A stretch of 64,000 nucleotides of DNA, taken from the NCBI GenBank assembly GCA_053919585.1, contig CM132786.1; one strand, 5' to 3'. Origin of the DNA: Euprymna scolopes. Taxonomy: Eukaryota. Below, in pieces: positions 42,162-54,639 of the stretch (position 1 is its first letter; every line of letters starts with the position of its first letter). A program made the position numbers and the translations under genes. The notes under the pieces are model-generated. The model saw nothing but the letters and a program-made list of their open reading frames with translations, had not been told where the DNA came from and ran no database searches.

Positions 42162-42946
42162 TTGAGATAATGAATCATATAACTGAATAGGCAAAGCTAA
42201 TATAGTTCCTCTAGTGATTGAAAGGTCTCAGAAGGTAATCATTGGTTACATTTTCAATCTGATGAATAGAATCTAGGAAATGATAAGAAATGGAGATAAT
42301 AGATCTTGGGGAAAATCAACTGCAGCAAGCACATTGGGGATGATGTTAAGGCAAAGTAATAAGCAAGATAATTAAAGCGAACGCAGACCAGTAAATAAAG
42401 ATATAGATTTGTGAGGAGGAAAGAATCTTTCAAATAAGCGAGGCACCTAGAAGCTGATTATATTCACGAACTCGATATTTCTCCCTGTTTAAGCTAATAC
42501 ATTTCACAACAAAGAAAGACCAGACATAGAAGCCGTTTAATTGTAAAAGCACCGGTTTTCTCGGATAAAGAATAGGAATCAATGGCTAACCCTATGTTAA
42601 TCACAAGGAATAAAATAGTAAGTTCTAACATGAGTTTATGAATGCAGTCTGATATCCAACATTATGTTTTGGATAGTAGTTTTGAGTTCTTGTGAAGATT
42701 AGTCAAACCGGAGAAGCTTACTTTATTATATAAATATATACCATGCACATTAATTGCTCCGCAAAAACGGAAATATTAATAAAGTTCCCAAGCTTGTTTG
42801 GTGTAAAACCAATATATAGTTTACCACAAAGTGTCAATAATGACGGGTTAACACAGGTAGTATAATAATGAAGACTTTACACACACACATACGTGCACGC
42901 ATAAACACCTCCTCCCACACACACGCATATATATATATACATATAC

Positions 42947-43004
<58 letters not shown>

Positions 43005-45022
43005 GTTTTATTTTTATTAAAGTATTTTTCTGCTAAGTTACAGTATTGTTTCAACTACCCGGCCGTTGTTTGTCCGTCTGTAGCTTCCTCAGATTTTATA
43101 GAAAAAAAGTTTTTTTTTTTTTCTGTAAAAGTCTGAGAAACCTACGGTAATAACAAAAATAAAACGCATATTTGTTCTGCAACAGTATTGAACACATTCT
43201 TCNNNNNNNNNNNNNNNNNNNNNNNNNNNNNNNNNNNNNNNNNNNNNNNNNNNNNNNNNNNNNNNNNNNNNNNNNNNNNNNNNNNNNNNNNNNNNNNNNN
43301 NNNNNNNNNNNNNNNNNNNNNNNNNNNNNNNNNNNNNNNTTAGGTATCGGATTTTAATGACAGTTTCGGTAGAGGGCATGTTTTTAACGCCAGTTAATCA
43401 TAATATATTTTTTTTAATTTTCGATTACTTTTTTATTGTATTTAAAAAAGTATAGTTTAAAAGAGTATAGTTTAAGTTAATTTCTCCAAGAAAAAAAAGG
43501 GTATGAAATAAAAAATAAATGGAATAATTTCATATCGAATCTGAAACAAACCTACATTTCACGTAGAAAATCATTATGCAATATTTCGTGCAAGAAAAAT
43601 ATAAGTTTTCTGGAATTATTTACAAGTTGTCATTTACCGTCTTACCGAGCGAATTTTGGGGCACAAGAACCGCCCTTCCTACATCAAAAATGCATAAAAC
43701 TTAATAAAATCCATTAATTATATTGCAGACAATTTATGCATTTAAAAAAGTTCGCATTATTATTCATTAATGTTAATACAGAATTACAATTGGTAAAGAA
43801 CACAATTTTAAATTATTGAAAAAATTACACACTAAAAATACAGATTACGTTAAATTTATCATAATGTTTACGTAAATTTAAACTTGATAAACACAAACAG
43901 GCTGGAAGTTAAAGACAGGCGGCAGTTGTGCCAAATAGATAGGTTTTCTTTTCAACTCTGTGCATCCGTATTGACTTATATGGAATGTTCGTATCATTTA
44001 CGCCATTTTTAAATTAAATTATTTTTCTATGTTTCTGTTTTTTCATTTTTTTGTTTACTTTATTTTCCAAGATTATATGGACATTAGCTTACGTTGGTGA
44101 TTATACGTTCATGCGTGCAATAGAAATATTAGAAACTTACATGCAAAGAATACGTTAAAAATGTAAGCGTAAAAAAGTAGAAACAATTTTTCAATTATAA
44201 TTTTCTTTGTGAAAATATTAAATAAAAATGCTTAATTGAATGATGTTATTGGTAGTTCGAGAAATTAATTTTCATCGAGTTATATCGATTTCGTTAATAC
44301 GGACTTTAGGGTGTTTTTTCGTAAGGTTCCCGTAAAACGTATTTTATTTTTATTTAATTATTATAAATTGCGATGATTTATTTACATAAAAAAACAAAAA
44401 TAATTCTTGGGTTTTTATTTACTACTAAAAAACATAACTTTAGTAATGGTATTTTTGGTTTAAACAAAATAATACATTTTCACTAACATTTAAATAAAAA
44501 TAATTAGTTCATTATATTCCGCCATGAACATTTGTTAAATAATGAGAATTTCATTAGAATTGGTTAATTTCCTGACTTTTGGTGAATTCTTAAGTAAAGG
44601 GAGGAGTCAAAACGTTTATACATTTTGAGCATCGGCATTCATTTTGCCCGTATCTACTGTTCGTAAACAAGCGGTTTGAGAACTATAAAAAAGGTGAACG
44701 GACGTTTTTTTTTTTAAATGCACATTTGTTGAGGTTGTGATAGAACGAAACAGGATTGTATGTGAATGACTACAAATATATTTTAAACCCTTCTCTTTGG
44801 GTGGAGTACTGTCGTAAATAATCTAACCGGCTACATAATAGGTTGTAAAATAGAAGGCTCGCTGTTGTTTTTGTAAACAAGCGGTGTGAGCGCTATAAAC
44901 ATTGCTGGACGAATCAACATTTGTGGAGGTAATTTACGGGCGCCGCAACCCGTGTGTCGATGGGTACAACTGCCGACTGCCAAGGCGATGGTTGTAGGTA
45001 AATTTCTGGCTCGGGAAAGGCG

Positions 45023-45052
45023 CTAGTCTGATGAGTTGTGATACAACGAAAC
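45023..45052 (+). ncRNA. Partial hammerhead ribozyme motif (remainder under N-run)
   Basis: CTAGT CTGATGA GTTG-TGATA-CAAC GAAAC, then Ns. Exact core, 4-bp stem II with canonical G10.1-C11.1, and GAAAC. Confidence 0.7.
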
Positions 45053-45394
45053 NNNNNNNNNNNNNNNNNNNNNNNNNNNNNNNNNNNNNNNNNNNNNNNN
45101 NNNNNNNNNNNNNNNNNNNNNNNNNNNNNNNNNNNNNNNNNNNNNNNNNNNNNNNNNNNNNNNNNNNNNNNNNNNNNNNNNNNNNNNNNNNNNNNNNNNN
45201 NNNNNNGCGATCATGGAATTCTGGGCGTTTAATATCCTGGAGAAGTGTTACATGATAAGGGCTGTCCCCTGTTCATGTAAGTATAACATTAGAGAGATTA
45301 GTTAAAATGAAAATAAGAGAAAGCAGAAATCGAACCCTGGACATAAGTTTTAAAGAACAATAGGTTTAAATGGAATGTCCAGTAAATTGTTAAT

Positions 45395-46069
45395 TGGGAT
45401 GAAATAAATAATAAATAAACTATTCAATTGTTAAAAGAATGTGGATAATAAAATATGAGTTAAATTAATTAGATATGTAGGTTAAATTCCTTTGTGGAAA
45501 CAACACAAGAAAAATAGGTTATTGGGAAATCAATGTCGGAAACGTGCAAAGTCGCGCATGTTGAAACACGTGAATTTTGCTCACGTGGCCGGGATGCATG
45601 GATTTCTCAATATAGAAGGTGGGAGTTAGTTGGGTAGAGAGAGTCAGGAGACAGTCAGAAGGACAGTCAGGAGAGACAGTCAGGGGAGACGGTCAATGAG
45701 AAAACTCAGAGACAGGCGCACGTCTGAAGCGAGACGTCACTTCAGAAACTAAAATGTGAAACTTTGAGTTCTTAATGAGGAAATTCCGACCGGTCGTAAG
45801 GAAATAAATTCATCATGTGTTTGTGATAAAACTCAACTTTGTGTTTGTGATTTCTACAAAAAGGTAAATTGTATTGTATTGTTATTATATGTCTGTGTTA
45901 TAAAATGTCATTACATACACATCTCTCTCTCTAAGATACAACATCATATGTAATAAGACAAGAACTCTCACTAAGACTCATATCTTTACTAATAAGAACT
46001 CACGTAACATACGCGCACAAGTGGTATCGTCTAATAATACTAATAATAATAACTATATAACAAATCTCA
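45395..46069 (+). repeat. 5' LTR (~675 bp)
   Basis: Differs from the 3' LTR at 3 substitutions and one 5-bp indel that I could see. Internal GAGACAGTCAG sub-repeats at ~45640-45700. Confidence 0.93.
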
Positions 46070-46072
46070 ATT

Positions 46073-46090
46073 TGGTGTTCGTGAACCAGT
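46073..46090 (+). promoter_or_regulatory. Primer-binding site, possibly degenerate tRNA-His type
   Basis: TGGTGTTCGTGAACCAG lies 3 nt after the LTR CA and loosely resembles TGGTGCCGTGACCAGG. tRNA identity uncertain. Confidence 0.5.
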
Positions 46091-47716
46091 TGCATCAGCG
46101 ATGCAGAAACCGAACCTGGGGTCGATACCACGAAAAAGAAAAAAAGACACACAACGTTTTAAAAGGGTCCAACATAATTTTTAAAAAATAAATAAATAAT
46201 ATCACGGAAAAAGAAAAAAAATACACGATCACAGAATTCGAAAAAGAAAAAGAAACACAACGTTTTAAAAGGGTCCGACATAATTAAAAAAAATGAATAA
46301 AATAAAAAATAAATAATACCACGGAAAAACAAAAATTACACGATCACAGAAATGCGAAAAAAAAAAGAAAAAAAAATTGAACACACACGCACACAGAGAA
46401 CAAAAGATACAAGAAATATTATAAAAAGAAAAAGAAGAAATATGCCGTAAAAAGAAATTCGTAGTAATGGAAAAAATAGTAAACAAGTCACCATGAGTAA
46501 TTCATTGATAAATGAATTGGTCTTAAAAAAAAACACACACACATACACGCAAAGGCAGAGATTGTGTCACCCATTATTATTGTTTTGAAATTTGTAGAAG
46601 TGTCATTAGAAAATCTGTGTCAATATGAAATCGTTTGGACGAATTGTTGAATTTAATCTGTCAATCAAAACCGGAATCTTTGAAAGGTCGCATGTACTCT
46701 CTGAAACAGGTGTAAATTGTTTGGAAATGCATTTTGTGTTCATAGTGAACTTTTCGGCTTTTGTGTGTTCATTTATTTTGTTTTTGAAAAAAAAGGGACA
46801 ATTGTTTTGGACAGACGGTTGAATTGTGGTTTGTTACAGATGATTTTTTGTGGTAAAAAAAAAAGTTATAACTGTTGCAAAATGTTTAAATGTATTAAGG
46901 TATTTTTTTGTTTTTGAAAATGTGTTTATGATGTTGAACAAATATTGTAAATTGTCTTATGTATGTAATGTTATGATTTTCACAGCAAGAATTCAAAGTT
47001 ATCCGTAAATATACATTAGATTAAGACGTATGGTTGGCTTACAGATTCAGTTAGACTTTCAGAAGGGGGGGGGGCAAGAATTAAAATTACGTAAACGGGT
47101 ATTTGGAGAGTTTTAGATGTGATAAGCCGTAAGAAAGATGTTTTGTTTTAGCATTTGGTTTTGTTTTTTTTGTTTTTTTAGAGATCTTAAAAATTTTTCT
47201 CCAAGAAAAGTGACTTGGTAGGGATTGATAAGCACAAGAAGTGCCCCTATACGAAAAATTTGGGAACCTGGTTAATTAAGTGCTCAAAATAAGCTGGTTG
47301 CACGTACCGACTCCAAGCAAAGTAGTAAGTCTTGGCTTAATTAATAAACAGGCGTTGGAAAGAATACGAAAATTCTTAAGGGGACCAGTAAACCGATGAG
47401 AGGTAGTCCCGAGGCAATCACATATAGCTTAATGAAGTAAGAGACAGGCAAAAATATGTCGTAGATTACGTAAGAAAGATATAACCTTGTATTTTTTTAG
47501 AGAAGCATGAATGTGGGATATATCTGCTGGATCTTGGAAGCCCTGGTGAGAGAAAAGAAAAATCACAAAAAAATCGGGCAATTAGATAGAATTTAGGCGC
47601 AATTAAGGTGTTGGGCGTGAAACGTGTTAGTTAGTTAGGGGTGATATTTCTAAATCCTCGTCGAAGTTTCAAGAATCCAAGCAAGGAAATCCGATTGAAT
47701 CCGTATGAGAGAAAAT

Positions 47717-48379
47717 TGGGATGAAATAAATAATAAATAAACTATTCAATTGTTAAAAGAATGTGGATAATAAAATATGAGTTAAATTAATTAGATATGT
47801 AGGTTAAATTCCTTTGTGGAAACAACACAAGAAAAATAGGTTATTGGGAAATCAATGTCGGAAACGTGCAAAGTCGCGCATGTTGAAACACGTGAATTTT
47901 GCTCACGTGGCCGGGATGCATGGATTTCTCAATATAGAAGGTGGGAGTTAGTTGGGTAGAGAGAGTCAGGAGACAGTCAGAGGGACAGTCAGGAGAGACA
48001 GTCAGGGGAGACGGTCAATGAGAAAACTCAGAGACAGGCGCACGTCTGAAGCGAGACGTCACTTCAGAAACTAAAATGTGAAACTTTGAGTTCTTAATGA
48101 GGAAATCCCGACCGGTCGTAAGGAAATAAATTCATCATGTGTTTGTGATAAAGCTCAACTTTGTGTTTGTGATTTCTACAAAAAGGTAAATTGTATTGTT
48201 ATTATATGTCTGTGTTATAAAATGTCATTACATACACATCTCTCTCTCTAAGATACAACATCATATGTAATAAGACAAGAACTCTCACTAAGACTCATAT
48301 CTTTACTAATAAGAACTCACGTAACATACGCGCACAAGTGGTATCGTCTAATAATACTAATAATAATAACTATATAACA
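47717..48379 (+). repeat. 3' LTR, lacking the terminal ~7 nt
   Basis: Matches the 5' LTR up to TATATAACA and then diverges; AATCTCA is missing. Confidence 0.9.
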
Positions 48380-49318
48380 GAAGAAAATATGTCGATCATT
48401 TATAATCAGCTGTACGAAAAAAAAATGAACTAATTTGGTGAGCCCGGGCTGATGATCAGATGACATAAATTTTTTTAGTTCTGTTGCCCAGTATGCCAAA
48501 AATCATTTAAATTAACGGTTAGACGGCATTGCATATATAGTTTGCTGTAACAGTAAATAAGCCATCTGCTTATTTTATACAAATAGTTGCGTGTTCAAAT
48601 AATCAGGTAGAGTTAGTCCAATAAAGCAGTAATTTTCCAAATATAATCCTCAAATACCTCATCTAATGTACTAAAAAAAAACGCTTATAGAAAGAATGTA
48701 ATATAGTAGATGTGACAAAATGCCTGATACATAGCACAGTTTCAAAGTCATTAATCTATGCATCTCTTCATTGTCAATATATCAACCAAGACAATCCCAT
48801 ATTTTTTAACAGAAACACGTGCATGTCTGATGTCATAGCGACGTAAACCATGTTTGTGACATTTTGATAAAATTTGTGAGGCGCTAATATTACAGTAGTC
48901 TCGTTTATTGTTGAAATGACGCGTTCCTTGTTGAATGGGTCATTCGTTTAATTTTGTGCATTCCGAAGAGTTCAACCCTATGCAGATATTGTTTACGGCC
49001 TTTTAGAAAGTTTCGATTTATTGCGGAATTTCTGTGCAGTAGAAAAATATTAGTATAAGGTGCTGGCTTTTCATATCACCCCTAATCACACGTGTATCTC
49101 ATCATGATGCCTTGGACTGGCTTTTACGTGAATTAAGCGATGTATATTTGATGCTGCACACTGTTCATTTGATATGAATAGTGAGCGTGTGCATAGAAAG
49201 GGGATGTGAAATCTGTCAAATATGTATTGCTATTAGTCCCTATAACTGCTTATTCGATTTGAGTCACTGTATATTTAAATCATTACGAATAAAAACACAC
49301 AGACACACAGACACACAG

Positions 49319-49383
<65 letters not shown>

Positions 49384-49566
49384 AAGAACGCATAGCATAG
49401 ATTTTACCAAGCAAGCTGGATCTAAAAAAAACTTTCATATCCTTTTTCTCCAAATCCTCCTGCTACAGGACTTCTGATAAATTCATTATTTTGATTTTGA
49501 CTTTCCATGTCTCACTTACTTTAGCAAATAGTGTGCATAACTTTATAAGTGTTTGCTAATATTTTC

Positions 49567-49614
49567 TCTCCTCTGATGAGATGGTAGACATCGAAACCCT
49601 ATAGGTTAAGGAGA
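49567..49614 (+). ncRNA. Minimal type I hammerhead ribozyme
   Basis: TCTCCT CTGATGA GATG-GTAGA-CATC GAAA CCCTATAGGT TA AGGAGA. Perfect 6-bp stem I, exact core, 4-bp stem II, near-palindromic stem III, predicted cut after A49608. One C.U mismatch at 15.2/16.2. Confidence 0.85.
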
Positions 49615-49725
49615 TTAATTTTCTAAAGCATTCTTTGTCTTGCTAAGAATAATAAAATTCTTTGCTATGAAACTCAACCACTTCATTTCATTTCAATGGG
49701 AGTTTTTTGACATTCATTGAATTAC

Positions 49726-49786
<61 letters not shown>

Positions 49787-50019
49787 TGAATGGGGGCGGT
49801 TTACAATAATACTCGGATTAGCTAACTTTCAAATTTAGTACGATGTGATTATATAACACTGCCTATTTTATGTCTGGTTAATTTTACGCACGCTATAAAC
49901 CTTTAATAGATGTAAATTTACGGGAATTATTCTGGTTGAAAAGATGCAGAAGCGGTAACAAATTTTTAATTATAGTCATTTATTTTCTTTGCTTATGCAT
50001 ATGAATTACAAAATATATA

Positions 50020-50215
50020 AACCTTCCCCAAGAACACTCGCCTTGATGGAGGGGAGTTTAAAACCTGGCGTTACGGTTATGTTGATCTGAAATACCAGCA
50101 AGGATGTACTTGATTCCGAATATTTCCCATATTTTGATTTCCCGTTTTGGTTTCACTCATAAAGTAAATTTTAAAGTGTATAAGGATTATTTGATACTGT
50201 AGATTTTCATAATTG
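50020..50215. repeat. Old dispersed repeat, second copy at ~62805-62995
   Basis: Shared GATCTGAA.A.CAGCAAG...TTGATTCCGAATATTTC...ATTTGATACTG.AGAT.TTCATAAT. Confidence 0.75.
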
Positions 50216-50353
50216 TACCACATTTTCAACGGAAGGAAGATATAGCATATGAGAACTACTTGGAATCAAGTCTCTTCATTTTGTTATGTCTGATCATTTG
50301 TTAGAAAAAGCAGCAAGATTCATTGTCAACTCGATCAAGGCCAGAGGTTTTAG

Positions 50354-50417
<64 letters not shown>

Positions 50418-51005
50418 TGTGTGTCAAATTATAGAGAACATAACATTTTTGTACAAGTTTCAAAAACTTACAGGTAGGTTCATATCAAACGCTTCGGAAA
50501 CGTTGGCAAAGCTAAGCTGCGCATATTGTGAAACTTTGTTACTGTTCCGCGCAATGTAACAACTTGCCCTCGTAATTGCGGAATCCACATTATTTGAGGT
50601 GTGTCAACTTATAAACAACGCAGTTTGTCTCGTCAATATAATGGTCGCAAAGTTAGATTGAGTAGTTCTAAAACGCGTCCTATTACAGAACAGCTAGCAA
50701 AAAAGTAAAACTACCCTCAAAAATGATAGGAAGGTAGCACCAAAGACCCTACAAAGGTACGTAAGCTGATAAAGGAAAATCTAGAGTTGTCTCACGCTGT
50801 TCTCTACTCCAAATTAAACATGAAGTTAAGAAACCTGGGCAGGCAAGTCGAGAAGCTTTCCACCAAGCCNNNNNNNNNNNNNNNNNNNNNNNNNNNNNNN
50901 NNNNNNNNNNNNNNNNNNNNNNNNNNNNNNNNNNNNNNNNNNNNNNNNNNNNNNNNNNNNNNNNNNNNNNNNNNNNNNNNNNNNNNNNNNNNNNNNNNNN
51001 NNNNN

Positions 51006-51765
51006 TGCGTTTATAATATGAGCTGGCTGATAAGGGGCAGTTTTCGTAGTCGGCTGGGGGCTACAATATTTTCTTGAAGTAGTAGGGCAAATGGATGTAA
51101 GAGGAGAACAATTGTGACTTTTGCTATAAAGGCATCAATTCTTTCAATCCTGGAAGAACATCCCTGTGGAGTGAGTTACCGGATCATGACTATGATGCTA
51201 CCTCCGGTATGTGATCGTTATACAACGCTTTTGAATGTCTATGCACCCACTTTTGGTGCAACTGAAGAAGAAAAGATTGATTTCTACCTTGCATTGTGCA
51301 GCGTCGTAAGACACAAGTGTAATAGCAATGATCTAATGTTGTTGCAGAGTTGTTCAGAAATGGGTTTTCAAATCGGTAACACACATTTGATACCACTTGA
51401 ATGCATCCTGGTTCCAAACAATGGCACTTGAGAGACTATGTGTTAGACAGAAAACGTGAGATAAGGGATATCTGCAGGGTTCCTGTAATGCTTGGTGCAG
51501 AGGGCTTAACCAATCACGCTTGGTACGTGCAAAGGTTAAGTTTATTGTTTAGTCGACTATGAGTGGACCTGGTGTGGCTATCCCAAACAATTTAATGTTG
51601 ACTGTCTAAGGGAGAGTATTGTGAGGGGGGCAGTTAAGGAGATGGAAGAGATTGACTGTGAAAACTCTTGGGAATCTGTCTATGAGGTATGTGAGAAGGT
51701 ATTAGGTTATTGTGAGAGTAAAAATCAAGATTGGTAAAGTGAGAATGGTACTGAAAGTCAGACAT
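51006..51765 (+). mobile_element. RTE-clade LINE, 5' (AP endonuclease) part, decayed
   Basis: GYNIF*S...VTFAIKASI, RIMTMMLP...TTLLNVYAPTFGATEEEKIDFY..L, HPGSKQWHLRDYVL, VLGYCESKNQDW. Probably extends upstream through the N-run. Confidence 0.88.
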
Positions 51766-51779
51766 GTTTATTAGATTAG

Positions 51780-52140
51780 TAATAATTATTATATAATAGA
51801 TATTTATCTTTTACGCCATTAATAGTTATTTATCTTTTATTCCATTAGTTATAGTTATACAAATTATTTATATTTCATTTTATTTGTAGTAATTATAATA
51901 TAATAATATGTATCTTTCATCAAATTAGTGCCAATAATTGTAATAATTTGTTATCTTTTATTCATTAAATAATTATCGAATAATTATTTTCTGCATAAGT
52001 AATAATGACAATAATACGTATTTTTTCTAATAATCATAAAAAAATAGTTATTTATCTTTTATTCCATGAGGGGTAATAATACTATTAAAACTATTAATTA
52101 TTTAACTTTTATTTCACTAGTAATAATAATAATTGTTAAC
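51780..52140 (+). repeat. AT-rich degenerate minisatellite (TAGTTATTTATCTTTTATTCCATTAG-like); reverse-complement array at 58895-59420
   Basis: Motif recurs here; CTAATGGAATAA.AGATAA recurs at 58895-59420. Confidence 0.7.
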
Positions 52141-53814
52141 TATACCTAATTCTCTTTCCTTTGTATGAATTGAGCTTACATGTATTTTATTGGACGCATG
52201 TATCTACCTTTTAATTGTACATATCTTTGCTTTATCTCCCCCTTTCAACCAGCACATTAGCTAGACAACAGAGAAACTCTGACCAAATTATGACTCTGTT
52301 AGCACGCGCAAATTCCTGTTGCCTTTTCTTGACACGTGATTGATATACTATTCTTCGTTGTTTATTCCATTCGGTCTCTTATATTTCGCCATATTCTTCT
52401 ATTTGTCCCTATTTCCCTGATGGACAACCTCCTCTCTTCCTTTAATCGATTTTAATTTCGTTTCTTTCCTTCTTAATCTTTGATTTCAAGTCAAACTATA
52501 AATATAATCTAACTCCCCCATCTCTTTCTTTTCCATTTCCCTTTTCCATCTCACGTCTCCTCCCTCTGTATATGCAGCACCCATATGTAATTCATAAAAA
52601 TCTTTTCTTTCTACTTTCTTTTCGCTTAGATTGTCTGATAAGATCGGTAGAATAAGTTTATTTTCATGTGAATTGAAATAACGTGTAAATATTTAAGCAA
52701 AAATCACCGCTTTTCAAATAATAAAACAAACATATTTAGCTTTACTGATGTATTGACCACTTTTCCCTATATCTAATTATAGTCACATAGTATATATCTT
52801 GCCCTTTTCTTCTTCTTAGGAGAAAAGGTTTGCTTCTAAACTCAATGACCCTCATTCTTACTTTTAGTGTTCTTACTGTTTCGATGTGAGAATAAAGTCT
52901 ATGTAACNNNNNNNNNNNNNNNNNNNNNNNNNNNNNNNNNNNNNNNNNNNNNNNNNNNNNNNNNNNNNNNNNNNNNNNNNNNNNNNNNNNNNNNNNNNNN
53001 NNNNNNNNNNNNNNNNNNNNNNNNNNNNNNNNNNNNNNNNNNNNNNNNNNNNNNNNNNNNNNNNNNNNNNNNNNNNNNNNNNNNGCGCGTTTACTTCTTA
53101 GCCATGGGCAGAGTGATACCAGTGTATACGACAATAATATGTAAGGTCTCAACGAAACATTTGAATTGTAACAGTCATCTATAATGTAGAGGAGTGTGTT
53201 TTCAATGTGTTCTATATTGTTTAGATTGTAAATAGAATTGGACGGAAAGTTTATTTGACAGCAATATGGCTTAAATCGAAACGTGTTGTTTCGTAGAAGA
53301 GGATTAAAATATAATCGTAGTAAGATCTGTATTTCTGAGCCAGGGCGATGCAGATTTTATCCATGAACAACACACATAATAGAAGGACAATTATACGTTG
53401 CATATTCAATATTTGCAATACAAGAAATGTTAAAAAAAGGTTAAACAAAGTTCAGCCATAGTTAATGACATGCCCCTGTTGATGTACATATATAGTTGCC
53501 ATTTCTCCGACTTCCCTAGATAAACCCACTCTATAACGCATGTGGCTAATTACTCGGCGGCCGTAACAGTAGTCTATATGGTCCCAAAATCCTAAACCTT
53601 AACTGTTGAAACATATCTGTTATCAGCAATGTGAAATTTTGAATTGCCTCAGTGATCAACAAGTCGATGTAGCGAAGAGTTTATACTGCTTAGTACAAAT
53701 AGATAATAAATTTATTTTAAATCAAGTTAAAAATATACAATCTCTCATTACCCGGTTCATACCTGCTTATTCGCTTCTTCCAAAAATGGGTATTTAGAAT
53801 CATTTTAAATCTAA

Positions 53815-53872
<58 letters not shown>

Positions 53873-54239
53873 GAGAGAGAGAGAGCTATGTTGAGATGTA
53901 GTTATTCATGAGAAAGAAATAAAATCAAATAATTCCGCAACGATTCTGAAAGAGTCGTACACAATACCAATGATTACTTGTATTATATTAGGATTATCAA
54001 TTTCCGTTCTCCTGCTTTCCAGCTGACTACAATCTGATTGTCTTAAAGTTCAACAAAAACAAGTTCTTGATGAGCCGTTCAACTACATTAAAAACAATTA
54101 CCGAATCTCCATTGCTAACGATTACTATATTGTGCAATTGACTACTGCGCACTTTTAACCTTTATTCTAGAGTGGGCTCTGGTCCTTGATAAATTGTGAT
54201 TCCTATGTAAAACATATTTATGTACCTTTATAACGTGTA

Positions 54240-54324
<85 letters not shown>

Positions 54325-54639
54325 TCCTTTATAACTAATGTGTACTGTGTTAATCGATTTATCGCAGATTGTTAAAGTATCAATATTTCATTAAATGTAC
54401 GTTACACCAAAATAAAAATTAGATCATCAGACTTCCTATTAAGGTTAAGAATTTCCAAAAATCTTATTCAAATTCATGCGATATTCACGAAGTTATGACA
54501 TTTTATTCTTTATCGAAGAATTTTCACACTCCGTCGCTTTTTTGCAGCCCTCTTAAAATGTTGTTATAATGCAAACATACAATGTATTTTCTTGTGAACT
54601 TTCTGTCAAATAATAATAAACATATACCAGCTATGGACC

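Larger units (their letters stand above)
45395..48379 (+). mobile_element. Non-autonomous (non-coding) LTR retrotransposon, recent insertion
   Basis: Direct repeats 45395-46069 and 47717-48379. TG...CA termini within the inverted AATTGGGAT/ATCTCAATT pair. TGG-initiated PBS at 46073. Purine tract GAGAGAAAA before the 3' LTR. The 1.64-kb interior has no gag/pol ORF. Confidence 0.9.

Noticed and set aside
42255-42295. CTGATGA...GAAA motif
   Set aside because: No stem III or stem I pairing; likely chance. The same applies to the motifs at ~19440 and ~57133.
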